From positions 26,096-90,095 of the IMG/VR virus record IMGVR_UViG_3300035670_000106: a DNA stretch of 64,000 bases, one strand, 5' to 3'. The notes under the pieces were generated by a model. The model was not told the DNA's origin and did not search any database. It saw only the letters and a program-made list of their open reading frames with translations. How positions within the stretch are numbered: the first letter of the stretch is position 1; every line of letters begins with the position of its first letter. The DNA comes from a virus. Below are positions 13,001-22,403 of the stretch, piece after piece. A program made the translations under genes and the position numbers.

Positions 13001-14673
13001 GCTCACTACAGTTTTATGGAGATGATGGTATTAATGCTTCTGCGGGCGATTTTAACAGTAACGCAGGAACCTTTGTATGTGAAGCAGTTAGTCCCGTAAC
13101 AGCTAGAGACAAATTAACCGCTAGATTTAAAATTAGAGTAGCTATGGGCTCTAATTTAACTTCTGATATTGCAACATTTAATGGACATGCTTCTGGACTA
13201 GGTTCTGCACATATTGCATTGTTACCAACTACAGCAAACACACTAGGAACAACCGCTTCAGGAGCATTACAAGTTTCTGGAGGGGCTGGTATTGCTGGAA
13301 ACTTGACTGTAGGCTCTTCGTTAAGAGTAGGAAGTGTTGCACAAATCCCAGCAGGTGCAGTTGGTACACCTTCATTAGCTTTTTCAGATGATACAGACAC
13401 TGGTATATATCGTTCTGGTACTAACACGCTGGCGATTACAACAGGTGGTACTCAAGCAGTCACCGTTAATGCTAATGGTGACATGGAAGTTATAGGGCGG
13501 TTAAGGTCTTCAGGAAATCAATCTGTAATCTCATGGACAACTACAGGAGTATCTTTTGATATTGCAGCAGCAACTTTTACAGATACGTCTAGTGCAGCAA
13601 CAGCCACGGTAGATAGTAGAGCATCTTCTTCAATTAATAGACCTACATTTGCATCCACTAATGCTATTACGGTAACGAATGCAGCAACACTTTATATAAA
13701 TAACAGTCCTTTAGCTGGTAGTAATACTACAATATCTAATGCATACTCTTTATGGGTAGATAATGGTAATTGTTTATTTGATAATGATGTAACCATAAAT
13801 GGAACGCTTAATGTTAGAACAGCTATTGATCTCGCAGACAGTGATATTTTAAGATTTGGCTCTTCAGACGACTGGGAATTATTTCACGACGGTACAAATA
13901 ACTACATGGATTTAAATGTAGGTAATCTCATAATTCGTGACAATACTACTACCAGAGCCACACTAGAAAGGACTACAGGGAATCTAACCTTAACTGGAGA
14001 CATTGCAGTAAATGGTGGCGATTTAACTACTACAGCAGCTACTTTTAATTTAGTAAACACTACAGCAACTACTCTTAATGTTGGTGGAGCAGCATCTACT
14101 GTAAATATTGGTAGTGATACTGAAGGTTCTACTTTAAATATAAATAATGGGTTTATTGTAAATAGATATACTACAGATAATACTTTTACAGCAGGCAAAC
14201 AATCCAGATTACTATCTGCAACAAAAGCAACAGCTACTGCCAGTGATACAGTAACTTTACAAATTAAAAATCTAAAAAACAACGTAGTATTCTGTGCAGG
14301 TAAGATAAAAATATCTTTTAGTAAGGGTACAAACCCACAATGGAGATTTGCATATAAAGAGTATGGTTTTATGTACTCTCACAATAATACCCCGAGTACT
14401 GTTACCAATACAGAAGGTGCTTTAACTTCTGAGATTTTTAATCTTAATAATGGAACTGCTTACTTGACTGTTGGCACTCCTACTGTTACTTTGGATGGTA
14501 ATGCAGGGGAAGTTTTATTTAATTGGCCTGTAACAGCAACTACCGTTTCCGATAGTCTAATTGTGGTAGTAGAAATAGAGTATATTACGCCTAATCCTGT
14601 TCATGGTTTAATGTCTAACGTTGCGTCACCTACTTCTGGTGATAATGGGACAATACATCTATATATTACTTAA
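7030..14673 (+). CDS. Long mosaic tail fibre / receptor-binding protein (2547 aa)
   Basis: Thr/Ser/Gly-rich; LSNESHSVP module, N.AIG/VLIG beta-roll-like repeats, several NADLLDG/DADLLDG fibre motifs; follows tail tip gene. Confidence 0.8.
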   Translation: MAATLSTLPGGFRIVVAIPQESGEARDDIYGIKVWFGTNNTFDPLSTDTPGPTTTGILGYDGTDFYSDIYTGSTYIGTPLYVKYVFINRADYAYESSDIILASGTVTPEPSNLTGSLTTPASLVQTDSSGNGGVYTNSGGIFKVFEGTVDKTGNGPVYSVQSTSTGLTVSIGTVTGAYTITGLSVDSGVATLRAAYRGINIDLNYSIAKAKTGIQGASGAGGITVILSNESHSVPSASDGSSPVLTGSGTTVKVFEGGTELTYVGTAFGTASTSGTWNFNTIVGTNVTVGSITDSGTHCTIGDITGFTQDTGYITYTINGKLANGVAFSNVQKIQSFSKSKTGSIGPQGSLGPTVSLSYSRDPVFAYTDNTATGDTSNVILTATCNAMSGQTYLWYKDGVSTGTATSTYTVTSAVFSTSVRSAVYKCVVTYNAQTYTDSVTVFRSDRSTAEANATVGATWGTNITSQPANSELYNSQINVDSGVITFYYNTAQGSAPTTPVIGAGAYNFSTKTITAPASWSITPPTTGTGKVWTTTTIFKGTGHTATADDGTNTFTTPLSAYDLNATLGAPSGTYVGSTLAQDVETYSSTAYSGTTNYRTTGSPTNSVTLSGSTAITATADGNALLSIDYTYSQGAKTADGLWIYYSSDSSVTVADPVLTVNPTSGTVRVGVLPGQSYYVGAQAFRRTENGNEATAMVTAGPIASVSSNYTGSLNGTVASTVVTNASNGATAYSGTTNYRTAGTATNQPAITGVTTNATADGNVIANIAYTYTQGTLPADSIDIYWAEGTASPTTTSPSISVSPVSGNLSIPVKPSTNYRFGARTNRVLDSGITSSSITVYTTTVTAAASNYTGSLNGNLISAHLNSNITVDTNGILQGIGTPGISVNNTKAWSSIDTGVLTNDKSLYVGSTTTGVLISSTTNKPRVTVLESSTVRANYGQLDAITVGGGTIPAGYGLSAYDPSGNLVFDTRLSVGIRGNISTNNFAFGTSDVLPNYNTTDYGSNSIGLGTNVLTGGNVARINCVGIGSTVLSNWTSPYSVGIGTNVLSGNFTGTGNEKNVAIGTNILSLAGNAYNPQRSVFIGNDILSVESGGSQYDSILIGSSLANRLNTIQSSVLIGNDIASSNYWFAQGINDSTINSVILGKGAAYAISNYKNVYSTKGNVVVGDSAGYNLCSTGTGVSATYTNSAGSTSITINSTAHEVPLSAIVYIDFTGTNPPTSGYYTVSAVSTNSFSVTHGSSLGTAHTTIACNYSNDKIIGGFSTGSYNVLLGYGAGSFITTGYGNIAIGVGTLGSYQTPDSAINTPAYRTTGRDNIVIGNNAGRIGGNGARNIFIGYFAGSSFTGTNSDVVIIGGHTGASLGSNDIVIADGAGNSRLFWDHSASKWLTNNLSLDLGSGNLITSGTVDGVDISTLESAVAKTADSETITNNWSFTGSGTTIGGSNFDNGWLKIGSSTTGWAFDGNEFYTAGDCIIGSLVGSTMTFSNRPAFNGGTTGTDSPFTVDSTYVVANLNADLLDGNDSSYFIDTSATSQTKSGNLTVADLTVSGGNVISNTSSSKVKYSVYSDASTYGMGFQSAVTYGGLNDWAVTFSNSNINARGFWWGDTTHTLAQGAMALTTNGLLTVAGGMRLGFGESDATDPTTGKLEVNGDITTSGSISTSGQFISSISTGTAPLSVASTTLVSDLNADKVDNTDLIDFWTSREYNFAEGAYVGLNSYYNSGWYTRTAQDGAFAWRNGGDGVGLQLFVNDGPVSANTTFTYSAYAWRDGDFFSNSNKFWHAGNDGSGSGLDADLLDGYNSSQANTINTVAVRDGSGDINCRLIRQEYTDQSTISGGMVFRVNNSTDNYLRVCNSTSAIRTYLGLGSSATVNTGTSGNTIPLLDGTNTWSNNQSISVSSAGSALTVTNSNTAGTSLVTSGITLIDSTQSVAYASDVYPSLQVNDINQRAIGLSTWSNSANGPVIYFAKSRSTTIGTFNSTTNTIAAGDNFGSLQFYGDDGINASAGDFNSNAGTFVCEAVSPVTARDKLTARFKIRVAMGSNLTSDIATFNGHASGLGSAHIALLPTTANTLGTTASGALQVSGGAGIAGNLTVGSSLRVGSVAQIPAGAVGTPSLAFSDDTDTGIYRSGTNTLAITTGGTQAVTVNANGDMEVIGRLRSSGNQSVISWTTTGVSFDIAAATFTDTSSAATATVDSRASSSINRPTFASTNAITVTNAATLYINNSPLAGSNTTISNAYSLWVDNGNCLFDNDVTINGTLNVRTAIDLADSDILRFGSSDDWELFHDGTNNYMDLNVGNLIIRDNTTTRATLERTTGNLTLTGDIAVNGGDLTTTAATFNLVNTTATTLNVGGAASTVNIGSDTEGSTLNINNGFIVNRYTTDNTFTAGKQSRLLSATKATATASDTVTLQIKNLKNNVVFCAGKIKISFSKGTNPQWRFAYKEYGFMYSHNNTPSTVTNTEGALTSEIFNLNNGTAYLTVGTPTVTLDGNAGEVLFNWPVTATTVSDSLIVVVEIEYITPNPVHGLMSNVASPTSGDNGTIHLYIT

Positions 14674-14679
14674 TAATCT

Positions 14680-14706
14680 AAATTGGCAGCCGTAGCTGCC
14701 AATTTT
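14680..14706 (+). terminator. Hairpin / probable intrinsic terminator
   Basis: AAATTGGCAGC-CGTA-GCTGCCAATTT then T. Confidence 0.55.
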
Positions 14707-14725
14707 AACAACATAAAGGAATTTT

Positions 14726-15049
14726 ATGAATTACCAACAATCAAATATAACTGGTGAATCTTGGAAAAGATCTTACAGAGTTATTATAAATAATGAGTAT
14801 CAAAGTATTCCAAGAATCGAATTCTTTGAAGAAAAAGTAGTAAATATCGAGGGTAGTATTATCAAACAGAATGATGGTTCAGTAGCAGAACAGTTTACCG
14901 AAGCAAATGCTACTGAAACTTTTGATATTAAAGATGAAGAAGGTAATGTTATAGACACTAAAACATATTTAGAAGTATATTCTTTATTGCAGAGCTTGTA
15001 TATGCACATTGCGGAGAAAAGAGATGTATCAAATACTAATAGCAATTGA
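14726..15049 (+). CDS. Hypothetical protein, possibly tail-fibre associated
   Basis: AAGGA RBS, 107 aa acidic ORF right after fibre gene. Confidence 0.6.
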   Translation: MNYQQSNITGESWKRSYRVIINNEYQSIPRIEFFEEKVVNIEGSIIKQNDGSVAEQFTEANATETFDIKDEEGNVIDTKTYLEVYSLLQSLYMHIAEKRDVSNTNSN

Positions 15050-15257
15050 TCAATTATTTAATACTTTATGTTTTTGGATGCCGGGGGGAAGATGGGCAGA
15101 TGAAACCTTATCTTCTAGATCTTGGAGGATACGACATACACATCCCATTTATCATAAAGTTATTGATAAGATATTTTTCTTTGACAAGAACCACTGTGAA
15201 TACTCTTATATTAGCGAACAGCTAAGACTACAAGCCCCTCCAGAAACCAGAGAATAA
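15024..15257 (+). CDS. Conserved small phage protein (AIDQLFNT...DETLSSR type)
   Basis: GGAG RBS before ATG 15024; motif common next to phage tail-fibre genes. Confidence 0.6.
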   Translation: MYQILIAIDQLFNTLCFWMPGGRWADETLSSRSWRIRHTHPIYHKVIDKIFFFDKNHCEYSYISEQLRLQAPPETRE

Positions 15258-15280
15258 CAGTAGCTACAAAAATTTTATCA

Positions 15281-15309
15281 TTGACATAAGGTAGCTACAG
15301 TGGTATAAT
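15281..15309 (+). promoter_or_regulatory. Perfect-consensus sigma70 promoter
   Basis: TTGACA (15281-15286), 17-bp spacer, TATAAT (15304-15309), AT-rich upstream tract. Confidence 0.85.
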
Positions 15310-15415
15310 AGAGGGAAATAGAAATTGTACATGAAAAAGTAGGGGACATTAACAGGTTCCCTACTGCTTCTTTAAGAGTACTAAGAATGCAATGCTGTTC
15401 TGGAGATAATATATA

Positions 15416-16003
15416 ATGACCCCAGTCAAATTAGGTTTTAAAGTGTATCAAGGTAGTACTTTTAGTGAAGTATTACGCTGGGAATCCAGCAAGAAAGTTT
15501 ATAAGACAATAACAGGAATTACCCAAAGTGCGCCAACTGTCGTAACTGCTGCAAGCCACTCCGTCCCTGACGGATGGAGAGTAAAAATTACGAATGTAGG
15601 CGGAATGACTGAAATTAATTCTACAGAAAACTACCATATTGCTACATATATAGATAGTAGCAATATCGAAATAAACGCCCTCAATAGTTTAGGATTTAAG
15701 GCCTACACTACTGGAGGAGTAATTGAGTACAATGAGCCCGTAGACTTGACAGGATATACGGCAAGAATGCAGATTAGAGAAAAGCTTGATTCTTCTACGG
15801 TCATCCATGAGTTAACAACCGAAAATGGTGGTATAGTAATAGATACAACAAACTATAAAGTTACAGTGGTTATTAGTGCAGCAGATACAGCTTTATTTAC
15901 CTTCAATACTGCAGTATATAGCTTAGAGTTAATCTCTCCTACAAATGAGGTATACCCGTTCGTAAATGGAGTACTAACTTTAGTTAAGGAAGTTACTAGA
16001 TGA
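15416..16003 (+). CDS. Putative virion structural protein (BppU-like frame with inserted small beta-barrel)
   Basis: YQGSTF...VDLTGYTARMQIR...AVYSLEL motifs; inserted ITGITQSAPTVVTAASH..GMTEIN. Confidence 0.55.
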   Translation: MTPVKLGFKVYQGSTFSEVLRWESSKKVYKTITGITQSAPTVVTAASHSVPDGWRVKITNVGGMTEINSTENYHIATYIDSSNIEINALNSLGFKAYTTGGVIEYNEPVDLTGYTARMQIREKLDSSTVIHELTTENGGIVIDTTNYKVTVVISAADTALFTFNTAVYSLELISPTNEVYPFVNGVLTLVKEVTR

Positions 16004-16449
16004 TTATACCTGAAAAAACTGAAACCGTATCTGTAGAACTAGAAAAGATACAAGCAGTAGTTTCAGGCAGTACTAATGATACGGTAACTATTGAAAGAGA
16101 GCAGTCTACCTTAGTACAGCAGACTAATGAAGTAGCTATTACTAATGAGCAAGTTTATAATGTGGTAGTAGAAGTAAATAATTCTTCTACTATAGTTGTT
16201 GGCCAACCAGGACCCCAAGGACCTGTAGGTCTTAGTGAGGACTCTATGGCATATGCAAGACAAACAGATTTTGTAGGCGAAGATGTTATATATAAAGGTG
16301 AAGCAGAAGCAGGGTCCTTAACATCTTCACCTTTATGGAGAATAAGAAAGATTACTATAGTCAATGATGATATATCAGAAACTTGGGCTAATGGTAATAC
16401 TGATTTTGATAAAGTGTGGGATGACAGATACACACTAAACTATATTTGA
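16000..16449 (+). CDS. Putative virion protein with short collagen-like stretch
   Basis: GQPGPQGPVG; C-terminal Y.GEA..G..TS...WRIRKI...WANG...FDKVWDDR motif. Confidence 0.55.
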   Translation: MIIPEKTETVSVELEKIQAVVSGSTNDTVTIEREQSTLVQQTNEVAITNEQVYNVVVEVNNSSTIVVGQPGPQGPVGLSEDSMAYARQTDFVGEDVIYKGEAEAGSLTSSPLWRIRKITIVNDDISETWANGNTDFDKVWDDRYTLNYI

Positions 16450-16459
16450 AAGGCATATA

Positions 16460-16798
16460 ATGGGAATCCAAGTAACACAAGCGGATAGTATGCCCGCAGT
16501 AACATACGATAAAATACATCTAACAAAATTAGAGATAATTCAGCCAATTTTTGAAGATGATACAAAAACTCCTCTGTATCAGGTAATTATTAGTTATAGG
16601 CATTATGGTGTAGTTAATGGTGTAAGATACTATAAAAATGAAGAGTTACAAAGAGTATCTATTGATGACTTTATAACTCTAGCTGCTACAGATGCAGCGC
16701 AAGGTGATATGACACTAGTAAATGCTTTAGGGAGTATTGAAGTTGCCGTTGCCGGTATTATTTCCGATCAAACAGGTAATACGACTACGGTGGTATAA
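16460..16798 (+). CDS. Hypothetical protein
   Basis: 112-aa ORF, RBS, tightly packed in operon. Confidence 0.55.
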   Translation: MGIQVTQADSMPAVTYDKIHLTKLEIIQPIFEDDTKTPLYQVIISYRHYGVVNGVRYYKNEELQRVSIDDFITLAATDAAQGDMTLVNALGSIEVAVAGIISDQTGNTTTVV

Positions 16799-16800
16799 TT

Positions 16801-18354
16801 ATGGCAACATATAGTACTGACCTTAATACTATTACTTTATGCGATTCTGGTTCATTCACAGAATTTACTGGATTCACTACAGGCGGTACACCAGCATTAT
16901 CGACAGAAAACTACATCCACAATGGGTCATCTGTAGACCAAGCTACTGGTCAAGCTGTAGGTCAGCAAGCCTCTATAGCCTTTGATTTTGGTTCTAATAT
17001 TTCTTGGACTACTGGTTGGGTAGTTATGGGTTGGCAGTACTTTGCTGCACCTACCAATATTGAGACTTGGGCTAGTGGTGGTATGCGTATAGGTATTGGC
17101 TCTGCATTAGGTGCAGTTAGCTTCTATAACGCTGTAGGTAATAACTTTGGTACTTATCCGTATGGGGGATGGCAAAATACTGCCATTGATCCAACACTAA
17201 CAGCAGATCAAACTACTGGCGGAGGTAATGGAGGAAGCTACCGTTACTTTGGTTCTATGTGCAATATGCTTGCCAAGATTACCAAAGGTTCTCCACATGC
17301 TATTGATGCTTTTAGGTATGGTAGAGGTCAGATTAAAGCTATTGGTGCTGACTCTACCTTTACTGGATTAGCCTCTGCTAATGATGCTACTACTGCAAGA
17401 TGGGGGTTATTCTCCAATGCTGGCGGTGTGTATAAGTGGAAAGGTTTAATGAGTTTAGGTGATGCTACTAATAGTGTTACCTTCTCTGATAGCAATAAAG
17501 CTATTCTAATTGAAGATACTCCTAGAGTTAGTGCGGGCTTTAATAAGATTGAGATTACTCATGCTTCCTCTTCTGTAACTTGGAACTCTATTTCTATTAC
17601 TGGTGTACAGACTTCTATTACTGGTTCATCTCCTGTAAGTAGGGGTGACTTTGAGGTAGTTACATCGGGAGCTACAGTATCTCTAGCTGGTTGTACTTTT
17701 ACAGATATGGGTACTTTTATACTTAAGTCTAGTGCCTCTATTACAGGTAGTACTTTCCGTAGATGTGGTACAGTAACTCCTTCAGGAGCTACTATTAACT
17801 CTGGTACTCTATTTACAAATAGTTTCAATACTTCTATTGGTGCTTTACTTGTTACATCTCCGACTGATATAGCCTCTATGAGTAATGGTTCTTTTACTAA
17901 TAATGTAAAAGCTATAACTATAACTACTTCTGGTTCCTATAATTTTGTTGGTCATCAATTTTCTAGTAATACTACTGCTGTAGACTTTACAGGTACAGGT
18001 ACGTGTAATATCTATCCTTCAGCAGGGTGTAATTTATCCCAATCTAATTGTACAGCCTCAGGGGGTGGTACAATTATAGTACATGCTGTTTCAACCAATT
18101 TAACACTTACTGGAATAGTTCCAGGATCTGATATTGTTATACTTAACGCTGGTACTACTACTGAGCGTGTAAATATAGATTCCAACGCTACGTCAACTTA
18201 TGTATTCTCCTATACTACCTTAGGAGATGTAGATATATGTGTGTATAAACAAGGTTATAGGCCTTTCGCTTATCGAAATTACAGCCTACCTGCCTCAGAC
18301 GGTTCCTTTCCTGTATCTCAGGTAGCGGACCTAAATTATTTTAATCCAGCCTAA
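16801..18354 (+). CDS. Putative virion protein, beta-rich with beta-helix-like middle region
   Basis: Gly/Thr/Ser-rich; GCTF.D.G / GSTFRRCG repeats. Confidence 0.55.
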   Translation: MATYSTDLNTITLCDSGSFTEFTGFTTGGTPALSTENYIHNGSSVDQATGQAVGQQASIAFDFGSNISWTTGWVVMGWQYFAAPTNIETWASGGMRIGIGSALGAVSFYNAVGNNFGTYPYGGWQNTAIDPTLTADQTTGGGNGGSYRYFGSMCNMLAKITKGSPHAIDAFRYGRGQIKAIGADSTFTGLASANDATTARWGLFSNAGGVYKWKGLMSLGDATNSVTFSDSNKAILIEDTPRVSAGFNKIEITHASSSVTWNSISITGVQTSITGSSPVSRGDFEVVTSGATVSLAGCTFTDMGTFILKSSASITGSTFRRCGTVTPSGATINSGTLFTNSFNTSIGALLVTSPTDIASMSNGSFTNNVKAITITTSGSYNFVGHQFSSNTTAVDFTGTGTCNIYPSAGCNLSQSNCTASGGGTIIVHAVSTNLTLTGIVPGSDIVILNAGTTTERVNIDSNATSTYVFSYTTLGDVDICVYKQGYRPFAYRNYSLPASDGSFPVSQVADLNYFNPA

Positions 18355-18365
18355 GGAAATGAATT

Positions 18366-19781
18366 ATGGCAAAACTGATTGATCCGGATAGCTTAGTAGT
18401 AGGTACTAATATTACCATTGATACTACTGCTAAAACTTTTACTTTACTAGCTTCTGCCGATGGTTCAACTACCAATGGTTTGATCGCTAAAGATGGTGTA
18501 ACGCTACAAGCAATTTATTCTAAGTTTATTTTACTATGGGAAACTTCCGCATATAATAAATATGCCTTCCCTATGTATGTAATTGACGCGAAATCGGGTC
18601 AATTTAACTTTGGTTTTGATGGTGGATCTTATAATGGATGGAAGCCAGCAGACGATACTACTCGTCAAATGTTGCGAGATGGTGGGTGGAATGAGTATTC
18701 TGCAGCCGGTGCACTGAATAGACAATATGTAGGTATCGTATCTCTGGGCGATGTAAATATAGGTGCTCAGCTTTACTACCAACGTGCTGCTATTGATGCT
18801 CCTACAAACTTTACTTTCGATGATGAAGTTAACGAAGGTATTCAAGTTTATGGGGATGCTACAAACGGTAACTTTGATAAGCGTACATTCTTTAAAGCTT
18901 TTGTTCGAGAAGAGCAGAAAAAATACAAGACTTCCACACTAGCAGATACTGGTCAAAGTGCTACAGGTGCTTATACCGTTAATGTGCTACTATCTAATGA
19001 GACAGATCTTGATGTTCTAGTTTCTGATGCGGTACTAGCCCCAGGTAGTACAGAAACCGGAGCAGCTACATACACCAATATTGATGTTAGCTACTATGCT
19101 ACTGCCACCTCTCAGACTATTAATAGCACCTCCTATCCTTTCTCTATTGTTGTAGAAGGCGATAGTAAAAACCTTCAGCAAATTTATACTAAGGTCCAAT
19201 ACTTACTACGTCAAAATAGCGACATTAATACCTCTGGAGATGCCGGTCCTGTTACTGGTAAGACTGCAGATGATTTAATGTACTTCGTAGGTCCTGACTT
19301 GTATTGTCGTCAGGGGGTATTTATTGCTAATATTGACTCTAATTTTATCAATAACGTATACTTTATTGATGATAATGGAGATCCTCGTGCCTACAACTAC
19401 GCCTCGGCTGGTACCTTAAGTTTTAACTCTTATCTATCTCAAGGGGGTACTGGGTACTATCGTATGTATATTACTGATTCAGTAACAGGTACAGATGATT
19501 ATGGTACTGCTACTGCTATTACTCTGAATGATAAAGATGGAGCCGCTATTGCAGGAACTATTGCTTCTAGCAGTATTTCCTTTACTTTTGCATATGACAC
19601 AAATACCCAAGGTGGTAGATCAGTATTTACTTCCCCAGGTGGAGATGTCCCAGTAACTATTGTTGCAGGTAATAAAGGCATAGCTAAGCCAGTGGTTGCT
19701 ACAGGCGTTATTACTAGATCAAAAGGTATCTCTATTTCTCTAGTTGCTGAGCAGGATCGTGCTTATAGTAATCCGGCGTAA
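18366..19781 (+). CDS. Putative virion structural protein
   Basis: 471 aa, AAGGA RBS, beta-rich composition; internally repeated LQ.IY.K motif. Confidence 0.55.
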   Translation: MAKLIDPDSLVVGTNITIDTTAKTFTLLASADGSTTNGLIAKDGVTLQAIYSKFILLWETSAYNKYAFPMYVIDAKSGQFNFGFDGGSYNGWKPADDTTRQMLRDGGWNEYSAAGALNRQYVGIVSLGDVNIGAQLYYQRAAIDAPTNFTFDDEVNEGIQVYGDATNGNFDKRTFFKAFVREEQKKYKTSTLADTGQSATGAYTVNVLLSNETDLDVLVSDAVLAPGSTETGAATYTNIDVSYYATATSQTINSTSYPFSIVVEGDSKNLQQIYTKVQYLLRQNSDINTSGDAGPVTGKTADDLMYFVGPDLYCRQGVFIANIDSNFINNVYFIDDNGDPRAYNYASAGTLSFNSYLSQGGTGYYRMYITDSVTGTDDYGTATAITLNDKDGAAIAGTIASSSISFTFAYDTNTQGGRSVFTSPGGDVPVTIVAGNKGIAKPVVATGVITRSKGISISLVAEQDRAYSNPA

Positions 19782-19791
19782 GGAGTAGTTA

Positions 19792-21162
19792 ATGTCAACT
19801 AATAGTTACGTTAGAGTTCCTCCGGATAGTACTGGTAAGCGTTATTTTACAATACAGCACAGTATTTCAGGAGTAGATACTCAAGTTCAGGTAATGCATG
19901 CTTCTGATCCTGACTATCCTGAGAATATACAAAAAGTTGACGAAAGAGGAGCCGCTTCGGTTAGGTTTTCGGAGGGCTCTCCTCTCTCAGACGCTTTCGG
20001 TAATTTAAAAGTTTCCAATAGAAAATGTATTGGTACTTATGATTTCGTAGCTGATGACGAATCAGACTACTGGAGTTATCAAGAAACAGGTGGAGGTACG
20101 ATTACTTACTTGTCTGATGCCTCTACAATGCAACTTGCTGTAGGTACTGCATCTGGTGATAAGGCAATGATGACAACCAATCATCATCATTACTATTATC
20201 CGGGTACCAGTAACCTATATATGTTTACCATAGCTTTATCAGATACTAGTACAACAGGTTGTAGACGCAGATGGGGAGCTATTGATGACCACAATGGTCT
20301 GTTCTTCAAACTGAGAGAAGATAACGTTCTTGTATTAGGTCAACGATCTTCAGTAACAGGTACACCAGTAACTAACTGGGTAGCTCAGTCCAATTGGAAT
20401 GGTGACAAGTGTGATGGTACTGGCTTATCTGGTTTTACCCTCGACCCAACCAAGATGAATATCTACTGGATTGACTTTCAGTGGTTAGGCGCTGGTAGGG
20501 TTAGGTTTGGTGTTATTGACGAGTTTGGCAATCGTATCGTCGGCCACACAATGCTTAATGCCAATCAAAATCAGTACCCTTATATGCAGATGGGTAGCCT
20601 AACTGTAAGGGCGGAGATTGAGAATGTAGCTGTTACAGGCAATGCTGCTTCTATGAGGTTAACCTGTGTATCTGTGCATTCAGAGGGCGAGATTAACTAT
20701 ACCTACTGGAGAGCAGTACATGAGTTCCCACAAGCTACTATTACAGGAAATAATCATCATCTTATCAGCTTAAAAGCACCTGATCTGTTTAATGGTAAGC
20801 ATAATGCAGTTACTTCTTACCCAGAACACATTGATTGTTTTGTATCAGGTGGTACTGTTAAGCTGGAAATCTATTGGGATTATCTGACACTTACCGGACC
20901 TACATGGGTTGATAATGGTACTGCTGTAGTTGCGAGTACTACAGGCACACTTACTGACCCTTCAGGTATGTATAGGCCTAAGATTTGGTATCTAGATGCT
21001 GGTAGTCATAGCATTGATATAAACGAAATCTTTGACAAACATGACTTCGGTATTGATATCAACGCTGATGAAACAGAGGCTATTTACGTTACCTTAGTAG
21101 CAAGTCTAGTTAGCGGGACTCCTACTATCGTTGGTGGCATTCAGTATGCAGAATTGAGGTAA
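19792..21162 (+). CDS. Putative virion protein with lectin-like beta-sandwich region
   Basis: VRVPPDSTGKR N-terminus; QSNWNGDK.DGTG.SG..LD.TK.NIYWIDFQWLGAGRVRFG motif typical of phage structural proteins. Confidence 0.55.
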   Translation: MSTNSYVRVPPDSTGKRYFTIQHSISGVDTQVQVMHASDPDYPENIQKVDERGAASVRFSEGSPLSDAFGNLKVSNRKCIGTYDFVADDESDYWSYQETGGGTITYLSDASTMQLAVGTASGDKAMMTTNHHHYYYPGTSNLYMFTIALSDTSTTGCRRRWGAIDDHNGLFFKLREDNVLVLGQRSSVTGTPVTNWVAQSNWNGDKCDGTGLSGFTLDPTKMNIYWIDFQWLGAGRVRFGVIDEFGNRIVGHTMLNANQNQYPYMQMGSLTVRAEIENVAVTGNAASMRLTCVSVHSEGEINYTYWRAVHEFPQATITGNNHHLISLKAPDLFNGKHNAVTSYPEHIDCFVSGGTVKLEIYWDYLTLTGPTWVDNGTAVVASTTGTLTDPSGMYRPKIWYLDAGSHSIDINEIFDKHDFGIDINADETEAIYVTLVASLVSGTPTIVGGIQYAELR

Positions 21163-21165
21163 TAT

Positions 21166-21711
21166 ATGTCTCTAATAGTCTGGAGCTCCTTTGGAGACAT
21201 ATGGAATGCAAATGGTAAGGTATCGTTTAATGGGGTTAACAAAACAATTAATGTTAACTCCGACGTTACAACTCTAGACATTAGAAGTGAGGTATACTCT
21301 CTTTGGGTAGACTGGCTAGAATTTGGTACAAATTCTAGCTTTCCTTTAGCTATGAGATACTCTGGAATGGATCCTATCCCTAATGGCGAGTCAGGAGGGA
21401 TCTTCTTCCTTACTAATGGTTGGAGACTTATTATTGACTTCAATAAAGTAGCAGTATTTGGCGTTTTATACTCAGACGACTATCCGACTGCTTATTTTAC
21501 AGAAGAGTTACAACCTTTATACCCTGCTCAAGTTAGTGGCATTGTTAATAATGTAATACAAACTAATACTGTAACAGTAGCAGCCAACCCAACAGAAGTA
21601 GCGCAAGCTATACTAGCTTCCCCTGTAAATACTAGTAGTACTCCCGGTTCTATAGGTGAGTTTATTACTAAAAAACTACTTACTGTAGCTAAGTTCATAG
21701 GATTAAGATAA
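21166..21711 (+). CDS. Hypothetical (putative virion) protein
   Basis: 181-aa ORF; VYS.WVDW and FFLTNGWR motifs. Confidence 0.55.
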   Translation: MSLIVWSSFGDIWNANGKVSFNGVNKTINVNSDVTTLDIRSEVYSLWVDWLEFGTNSSFPLAMRYSGMDPIPNGESGGIFFLTNGWRLIIDFNKVAVFGVLYSDDYPTAYFTEELQPLYPAQVSGIVNNVIQTNTVTVAANPTEVAQAILASPVNTSSTPGSIGEFITKKLLTVAKFIGLR

Positions 21712-22403
21712 TGACAACAAATAGACAACCTAATAACTCTAATAAAGGCAATTCGTACTCCTTCGAGGCCGAAAGTCTATTGATTCAATCTATGAATTTA
21801 CTATCTGATAGAATAGCTAAGGCAGAGACTGACTTTGTTGGGCACTTAAAGAAAGTTGAAGATAGGCTCGATCAAATTGTAGAACTTACTAAATCTGTTG
21901 CGGTTTTACAAACTCAAACTAGCCAACAAACAGATCATATCACAGAAATAAGGGAAGCACAAAGAGAGCAATTCCATAAAGCAGACGCCTCTCTTACTCG
22001 AGTGCACTCTAGAATCGAAGAGGTTCAATCTAACGCTAATATAAAGCTTGAAGCTTTTGGAACTGAAGTTAAAGCAATAGTTAAGGATGTAGAAAATCAC
22101 GCAGATAGCACAGATAGGGAACTAAAAGCTTGGCTTAATAGAGGTTGGGGGGCATGGGCAGTTTTTACCCTTGCTGTTACAATATCCTCAGGATTGTTTT
22201 ATAAGTGGGTAGACTCTATTGAACAGGATAAAGTTGTACTAACAACCTCAGTAAATCAATTGGTAGAGGTATCTACTAAAACTAATAACTCAATCCAGAA
22301 GTTGACTGAGCAAGTACAAAGTAATAAGCAAAGCATAGAAAGGCTTGATATTATGATGGATGACCTGGAAAAACAACTAGAGTATATGAGGATTAAAAGA
22401 TGA
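21711..22403 (+). CDS. Single-pass membrane protein with coiled coils on both sides of the TM helix
   Basis: Heptad-rich residues about 25-140 and 170-225; hydrophobic GWGAWAVFTLAVTISSGLFY segment. Confidence 0.6.
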   Translation: MTTNRQPNNSNKGNSYSFEAESLLIQSMNLLSDRIAKAETDFVGHLKKVEDRLDQIVELTKSVAVLQTQTSQQTDHITEIREAQREQFHKADASLTRVHSRIEEVQSNANIKLEAFGTEVKAIVKDVENHADSTDRELKAWLNRGWGAWAVFTLAVTISSGLFYKWVDSIEQDKVVLTTSVNQLVEVSTKTNNSIQKLTEQVQSNKQSIERLDIMMDDLEKQLEYMRIKR

